Assembly (NCBI RefSeq): GCF_963921235.1
Contig: NC_086107.1
Location: 98,148,001 to 98,212,000 of the forward strand
Length of the DNA: 64,000 bases
Source: Mobula hypostoma
Lineage: Eukaryota
Reading direction: 5' to 3'
Shown: piece by piece, positions 56,970 through 64,000 of the stretch
Layout of the letters: each line of letters begins with the position of its first letter
Numbering within the stretch: the stretch's first letter is position 1
Made by a program: the position numbers and the translations under genes
The notes under the pieces: model-generated
Database searches by the model: none
What the model saw: the letters and a program-made list of their open reading frames with translations, nothing else
Told to the model about the DNA's origin: nothing

Positions 56970-58818
56970 TGTAAAAGCTTTTATAGATATGTAAAAAGGA
57001 AAAGACTGGTAAAGACAAATGTGGGTCCCTACAGACAGAAACAGGTGAATTGATTATGGGGAGCAAGGACATGGCAGACCAATTGAATAATTACTTTGGT
57101 TCTGTCTTCACTAAGGAGGACGTAAATAATCTTCCAGAAATAGTAGGGGACAGAGGGTCCAGTGGGATGGAGGAACTGAGCGAAATACATGTTAGTAGGG
57201 AAGTGGTGTTAGGTAAATTGAAGGGATTGAAGGCAGATAAATCCCCAGGGCCAGATGGTCTGCATCCTAGAGTGCTTAAGGAAGTAGCCCAAGAAATAGT
57301 GGATGCATTAGTGATAATTTTTCAAAACTCGTTAGATTCTGGACTAGTTCCTGAGGATTGGAGGGTGGCTAATGTAACTCCACTTTTTAAAAAAGGAGGG
57401 AGAGAGAAACCGGGGAATTATAGACCGGTTAGCCTAACGTCGGTGGTGGGGAAACTGCTGGAGTCAGTTATCAAGGATGTGATAACAGCACATTTGGAAA
57501 GCGGTGAAATGATCGGACAAAGTCAGCATGGATTTGTGAAAGGAAAATCATGTCTGACGAATCTCATAGAATTTTTTGAGGATGTAACTAGTAGAGTGGA
57601 TAGGGGAGAACCAGTGGATGTGGTATATTTGGATTTTCAAAAGGCTTTTGACAAGGTCCCACACAGGAGATTAGTGTGCAAACTTAAAGCACACGGTATT
57701 GGGGGTAAGGTATTGGTGTGGGTGGAGAATTGGTTAGCAGACAGGAAGCAAAGAGTGGGAATAAACGGGACCTTTTCAGAATGGCAGGCAGTGACTAGTG
57801 GGGTACCGCAAGGCTCAGTGCTGGGACCCCAGTTGTTTACAATATATATTAATGACTTGGATGGGGGAATTAAATGCAGCATCTCCAAGTCTGCGGATGA
57901 CACGAAGCTGGGCGGCAGTGTTAGCTGTGAGGAGGATGCTAAGAGGATGCAGGGTGACTTGGATAGGTTGGGTGAGTGGGCAAATTCATGGCAGATGCAA
58001 TTTAATGTGGATAAATGTGAAGTTATCCACTTTGGTGGCAAAAATAGGAAACAGATTATTATCCGAATGGTGGCCGATTAGGAGAAGGGAAGGTGCAACG
58101 AGACCTGGGTGTCATTATACACCAGTCATTGAAAGTGGGCATGCAGGTACAGCAGGCGGTGAAAAAGGCGAATGGTATGCTGGCATTTATAGCGAGAGGA
58201 TTCGAGTACAGGAGCAGGGAGGTACAACTGCAGTTGTACAAGGCCTTGGTGAGACCACACCTGGAGTATTGTGTGCAGATTTGGTCCCCTAATCTGAGGA
58301 AAGACATCCTTGCCATAGAGGGAGTACAAAGAAGGTTCACCAGATTGATTCCTGGGATGGCAGGACTTTCATATGAAGAAAGACTGGATGAACTGAGCTT
58401 GTACTCGTTGGAATTTAGAAGATTGAGGGGGGGTCTGATTGAAACGTATAAAATCCTAAAGGGATTGGACAGGCTAGATGCAGGAAGATTGTTCCCGATG
58501 TTGGGGAGGTCCAGAACGAGGGGTCACAGTTTGAGGATAAAGGGGAAGCCTTTTAGGACCGAGATTAGGAAAAACTTCTTCACACAGAGAGTGGTGAATC
58601 TGTGGAATTCTCTGCCGTAGGAAACAGTTGAGGCCAGTTCATTGGCTATATTTAAGAGGGAGTTAGATATGGCCCTTGTGGCTAAAGGGATCAGGGGGTA
58701 TGGAGGGAAGGCTGGTGCAGGGTTCTGAGTTGGATGATCAGCCATGATCGTAATAAATAGCGGTGCAGACTCGAAGGGCCGAATGGCCTACTCCTGCACC
58801 TATTTTCTATGTTTCTAT
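56970..58818 (+). mobile_element. 5'-truncated CR1, near-identical to 16396-18252
   Basis: Collinear with the first copy with few substitutions. 1-bp deletion at ~58050 and premature TAG at 58618. Confidence 0.95.
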
Positions 58819-58949
58819 TTACACAGACATTCACACTATGGACGGACACCACGGTTTAATTGTCACTGGTTAGATGCACAGTCAGTTGAATAGGTAGTCA
58901 GTATCACCAGTCAAGTGGATGATCAATTGCCATGTTAAATTAATGCCCC

Positions 58950-59720
58950 TTCACCTCCTCCCTCGCTACCATTCAGTCTCGTCCCTCCCCTCTGATCCCC
59001 CTCCTGGCACCTGTCCTAGACAGTGCCACACCTGCCCCTTCACCTCCTCCCTCAGTTGCCATTCGGGGCCACAGACAGTCCTTCCAGGTGCGGAGGCACC
59101 TCACCTGCGAGTCTGTTGAGGTCGTCTACTGTATCCGGCGCTCCCAGTGTGGCCTCCTGTGTATCGGTGAGGCCCAACGTCGACTGGGAGGCCGCTTCGC
59201 AAAGTTCCTACGCTCCGTCTGCCAGGAAACGTGGGATTTCCCAGTGGCCACCCATTTCAATTGTACCTCCCATTCCCATTCCGACGTGTCAGTCCACGGC
59301 CTCGTCTACTGCTGCGATGAGGCCACACTCAGGTTGGAGGAGCAACATCTTATATTCCGTATGGGTAGCCTCCAACCTGATGGCATGAACATCGATTTCT
59401 CAAACTTCTGGTAATGCCCCACCTCCCCCTTTACCATTCCCCATCCCCTTTTCCCTCTCTCACCTTATCTCCTTGCCTGCCCATCACCTCCCCCTGGTGC
59501 TCCTACCCCCTTTTCTTTCCTCCATGGCCTTCTGTCCTCTCCTATGAGATTCCCCCTTCTCCAGCCCTGTATCTCTCTCATCAATCAACTTCCCAGCTCT
59601 TTACCTCATCCCTCCCGGATGACTACATTTTTCCATAGATGCTGCCTGGCCTGCAGAATTCCTTCAGGGGTGTGTGTACGTGTGTGTCTTGGATATCCAG
59701 CATCTGCAGACTTCGTCTTG
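58950..59720 (+). mobile_element. Penelope-like 3' end (GIY-YIG endonuclease relic)
   Basis: TCESVEVVYCIRRSQCGLLCIGEAQRRL...PVATHFN...LEEQHLIFRMGSLQPDGMNIDF. Confidence 0.85.
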
Positions 59721-59838
59721 TTTATGTTCTGTTTCGTTGTGTTCCTTGTTGTTCTGCCAACAGTGGTGTGCATGCTATGTTGGCCGCTCCCAGCACACCC
59801 TTGGGTGTGTTGGTTGTTAATGCAAACAACGTATTTTT

Positions 59839-60515
59839 TTTTAGATTATGAGGACACTCAGTCCTCGTTTATTGTCATTTAGGAATGCATGCATTAAGAA
59901 ATGATACAATGTTCCCCCAGTATGATATCACAGAAACACAGGACAGACCAAGACTAAAACTGACAAAACCACATAATTATAACATATAATTACAACAGTG
60001 CAAAGCAATACCGTAATTTGATAAAGAGCAGACCATGGGCATGGTAAAAAAAGTCTCAAAGTACCGATAGCCCCATCATCTCATGCAGACGGCAGAAGGG
60101 AGAAACTCTCCCTGCCACGAACCTCCAAGCGCCGCAAACTTGCCGATGCAGCATCATTGGAAGCACCTGACCGCAGCGGACTCTGAGTCCCTCCGAAAAC
60201 TTCGAGCCTCCGACCAGCCCTCCGACACCGAGCACCGAGCACCATCCTCTGCCGAGCGCTTTGACCCCTGCCCCGGCTGCCGAGCAACAGGCAAAGCTGA
60301 GGATTCGAGGCCTTCCCCTCCGGAGATTCTGGATCACACAGTAGCAGCGGCAGCGAAACAGGCACTTCAGAAGTTTCACCAGATGTTCCTCCATGCTCTT
60401 GCGTCCGTCTCCATCAAATCAGGATTGTGCACGGCACCCCACTTGACAGATTACAGATATTCATCACCGGAGAGGCTGCTGCGTGCTGCATCGCGCCGCC
60501 ATCTTCTCCTCTCCT
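59839..60515 (-). mobile_element. Non-autonomous ~680-bp retroelement (second copy)
   Basis: Homologous to 41627-42317. It splits a SINE tail, with TATTT on both sides. Confidence 0.75.
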
Positions 60516-60974
60516 CAATTTATTTCACTGTATGTTTCAATGTACACGTGATAAATGAATCTGAATCTGTTGCTGAGATGGTTAATGTCCATTAGTGGCA
60601 TTGGGATTGATGGAAACTCACCGTTTGAGTGGGTAATTGGTTTACTGGTTGGATCGACACAACTTTGCTTATGGGGCAGTTTGAATAAAATCCCTCCTCT
60701 TGACCCTCCTCCTCTGGCACGGAATGCAGGCACTGGATTGTCTCAAACTTTGTGCTGACCCATGTTCCTAAATCATTACTCGACAGGAAAGGTATTGTGC
60801 CATGGCAGACTTTTCACTCGAGCTTTGCAGCCTGGTGGCGTCGTCCCCAGTGTAGGGCCTGTCAGGGACTTGTAGCCAAGCTCTGAGGAGGCCATACTGA
60901 GCGGGTACTAACCCTGCCGGGTTCGCCTGAGCGTGGCCAGTGGCACAGCCCTCCCGTCACATGGTAGTTCGCAA

Positions 60975-61240
60975 CATTAGAACATAAAACATAGGAGCAG
61001 AATTTGGCCATTCAGCCCATCAAGTCTGCTCCACCATTTCATCATGGACAATCCCGGATCCCATTCAACCCCATTCACCTGCCCTCTCACCATATCCCTT
61101 GATGCCCCGACTGATCAGGAATATATCACCTTCTGCTTTAGATATACCCACAGACCTGGCCTTCGCCATAGCCTGTGATAGCCACAGATTCACCAGGCTT
61201 TGGCTAGAAAAAAATCCCTCCTTACTTCTGCCCTAAAACT
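60975..61240 (-). mobile_element. CR1 3' end
   Basis: ACATAGGAGCAGAATTTGGCCATTCAGCCCATC (antisense CR1 3' UTR). Confidence 0.7.
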
Positions 61241-61374
61241 TTCTCACTTTAAAGTCGATAACATGCTGTCTCCTTGCTCGGTACTGCAGAGTAGAACGTC
61301 ACCGGGGGGGAGATGACACCGGCCAATGTGGGAACTGCAGGAGTTTGGTCAGTGTGTGTGGAGAGAGGAACAAT

Positions 61375-61590
61375 ACATTTTATTTAGACATAGAGCATAG
61401 TAAAAGGTTCTTCTCTCCCAACAAATCCATGCCGCCCAATTATACCCATGTAACCAATTAGCCTGGAATGTGGGAGTAACTACAGTACCTGGAGGAAACC
61501 CACACGGTCACGGAGTGAATGGACAAACTTCTTACAGACAGTGGCAGAATTAAACCTGGGCCATTGACGCTGCATAGCATTACAACACTA
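61375..61590 (-). mobile_element. V-SINE
   Basis: CCTGGAGGAAACCCACACGGTCACGG...CAAACTTCTTACAGACAG. Confidence 0.7.
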
Positions 61591-62467
61591 AGACAAAGAA
61601 CACCAGATAAGGTCATTCTTACCATCGGCCATTAGGCTCTATAATGGATCAACCTGTAGTCGGGGAAGTGATGGCCCCCTCCTGTTAGACTCTTGACGTA
61701 ACTTATTTTTTATTCTTTCTATTCGCTTCTAATATTTGTGTATTTGTAATGCTCCTGTGACACTGTAATTTCCTTTGGGATTAATATGGTATCTACCCAT
61801 CTATGTTAACTTCTCACCACCCCATATCAATCATCCCGCATCATAACTGGCTAGAAATCAACTAGAAACTGCTTTCGGAGCCTAACCAGGGTTATATTCG
61901 CAATTAGCATCGTCTCCCCGTTTCTTAGGGTGCACTGGGGTTGGGGTATTGTTGGCAAAGACGGCATTTATTTCTCGCGTCCCTATTGACCCTTTAAGTA
62001 AAAAGCGTTGGAAATGCCCGCAGGCCGGGCACAGCTCCAGAGATCTTCCAGTGGCGGTATTGCGGTGAAGCTGAGCGTGAGAGTGGGAATGTGGTCTGAG
62101 GTTTCCTTTAGGCATGCTGGAGCCCATGGGATTTAACATGAAGTTCAACAGTTTCGCAGATCTCTCCTTACCTGATTTAAGGTCACGTGCTTGTCGTATT
62201 AACTCTGCTTCTCTCTCCACAGATGCTGGCTGACCTGCAGGTTTCTGTTTACGTGTAATGCTTCCAGCATCTGCAGCGTTTTTAATCTCATAGTTTCTCG
62301 ATTTTTGTTTCTTTCTCCTCTCTCGTTCATCTTGATATAAGAAACCTCCATATGTTCCCTCAGCTGGAACCTCTAGTCAGTCAGTCTCTCCCTGACACAC
62401 AGATTCACTTTGTCCTCTCCACAACCCCCCGCCCCACCCCATCTCTACTGTACAAATATGTTCAGTT

Positions 62468-62700
62468 AGCAACACACCCGAAATGCTGGAGGAATTTATC
62501 AGCTCGGGCAGCATCTATGGAGGGGAATAAACAGTCAACACTTCAGACCGAAACCCTTCATTAGCACTGGAAAAGGGTTTCGGCCCATAATGCCAACTGT
62601 TTATTCACCTCCATAGATGCCGCCCGACCTGCTGGGTCCCTCCAGCATTTTGTGTGTGCTGCTCAAGTTCTAAAGCATTTGCAGAACCTCTAGTGTGTGT
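62468..62700. mobile_element. Inverted pair of Penelope-like terminal modules
   Basis: AAATGCTGGAGG...GCAGCATCTATGGAGG / CCTCCATAGATGCCGC...CCTCCAGCATTT arms with decayed hammerheads between them. Confidence 0.7.
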
Positions 62701-64000
62701 AAATCTGTTCAGTTGTTAACTTCTCCTGGTTCAAATGGAATGTCTTTGACCTGAGGTGTTTCCTTTGCAGGGGCTGCCTGACTTGCTGAGAACTCCCGGC
62801 ACCCTCTGTTTTTGTTGCAGGTTTTCAGCATCTGCGGCTTGGAAGCTGGAAACCGCCGTCCTGCGTCGCGAAAGGGCAATATGCTAACGAGCTGCTCTCC
62901 GGCCCAGACCTGACTGGATGTTCAGCCGATGATGTAATTGGCAGGGCAACAAGATGAGCAATACTGATGCAACACGTTGCTCTGTGCCATGGCCTCGGGG
63001 TTGGGAACACCGCTCCCTGCACAAGGGAAGAGTGTTGTCTGGGACGTGCTCACCGGGTCCACTCTGTGACTGTGAGAATTGTTCCACACAGGTCAGACAG
63101 TGACTCCTTCAGCCACTGTGTCACTGCAGACATTACACCACTCACTGTGACCGGGGCAAAGATATCACCACAGGTAACCCACTATGCAGGGTCAGAATCT
63201 GTGTCACCAGACCTCTTCCACCCACTCAGGTGTACCATGACATCCCAACTCTCATTCTAAGTGCCCCAACGCACGGACACAAACGTTCTTCACCGCCCTG
63301 TCAGGATACATCACCAGTTTCAGGGAACTGTATACACATCTCTGGGGCTGTCTGTCCTACAAACAGTCCCCCGGAGCCCTGCCAATTCCTGCCCTGATAT
63401 AACTTTGCAAAATGCGTCTTTTCACACGAATCGAATTGACTTTATTCCTTACATCCCTCACATACACGAGGAGTAAAAATCTTTATGTCACGTCTCCATC
63501 CAAAAGTGCCGTGTGCAATCATAGTAATTTATAATAAACAGCCTGAGCTTTTATGATAAATTATAATAAATAGCCTCACTGGCCTGAGTGAAGCATCACC
63601 TGCCATTCATTTGCTCACTTTCGGATGATCTAGATCTTGTTGTGACCTTAGACAGCTTTCTTCACTGTCCACCACACCACCAGTTCTAATGTCATCCACA
63701 AACATACTAATCATGCCTTAGCACCAGTCCCTGTGGCATACCACTGATCACAGGCCTATATTCTGGAAAATAACCACCACCCCACTTTGACCCTTCACCC
63801 AGCCAATTTTGTATCTAATTGGCCAGCTCACCTTGTTAATGAGAGAGGTCGGAGGAGAACGGCCAGACTGGTTCAAGGTGACAGTCATGCAAATAACCAC
63901 GCGATACAACAGTGGTGTGCAGAACAGCACCTCAGAGCACGTAACACATCCAAACCTGATGTGGATGGGCTACAGCAGAGGAAGCCCACGGACATGCAGA

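Noticed and set aside
56970..58818. Segmental duplication of the 14504-18252 locus
   Set aside because: Similarity stops at the element's tail and truncation point, and the flanks are unrelated.
63110..63160. CACTGTG heptamers as immunoglobulin/TCR RSS
   Set aside because: No nonamer at 12/23 spacing and no V/J segment motifs.

Overview
Repeat-dense vertebrate non-coding DNA, most likely from a cartilaginous fish (shark or ray). This is inferred from V-SINE/HE1-type SINEs, esterase-bearing CR1 LINEs and abundant Penelope-like relics. I recognise no host protein-coding gene. Nearly every ORF in the track is a retroelement fragment, an antisense shadow or a minisatellite translation. The window is mostly nested retroelements: CR1 LINEs (one with an uninterrupted 978-codon ORF2, one near-full-length copy inserted into a Rex1/Babar LINE), Rex1/Babar 3' ends, RTE LINE pieces and RTE-tailed SINEs, Penelope-like (GIY-YIG) elements, tRNA-derived SINEs, a Tc1-type mini-MITE and four minisatellites. 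Four observations stand out. (1) Two divergent CR1 lineages both end ORF1 with an in-frame T_TTA_AAC slippery heptamer before the stop. Their -1 frames encode similar peptides, and ORF2 has no AUG before the endonuclease core, suggesting -1 programmed ribosomal frameshifting. In one copy the -1 frame runs straight into ORF2; the other needs one G fewer. (2) Penelope ends carry minimal hammerhead-ribozyme motifs, often in inverted pairs. (3) Two near-identical CR1 copies share an FADD->SADD change in the RT motif. (4) A flanking SINE donates a Kozak ATG to a truncated CR1 esterase. Family names come from motif recognition, not database searches. Boundaries of old repeats are approximate.
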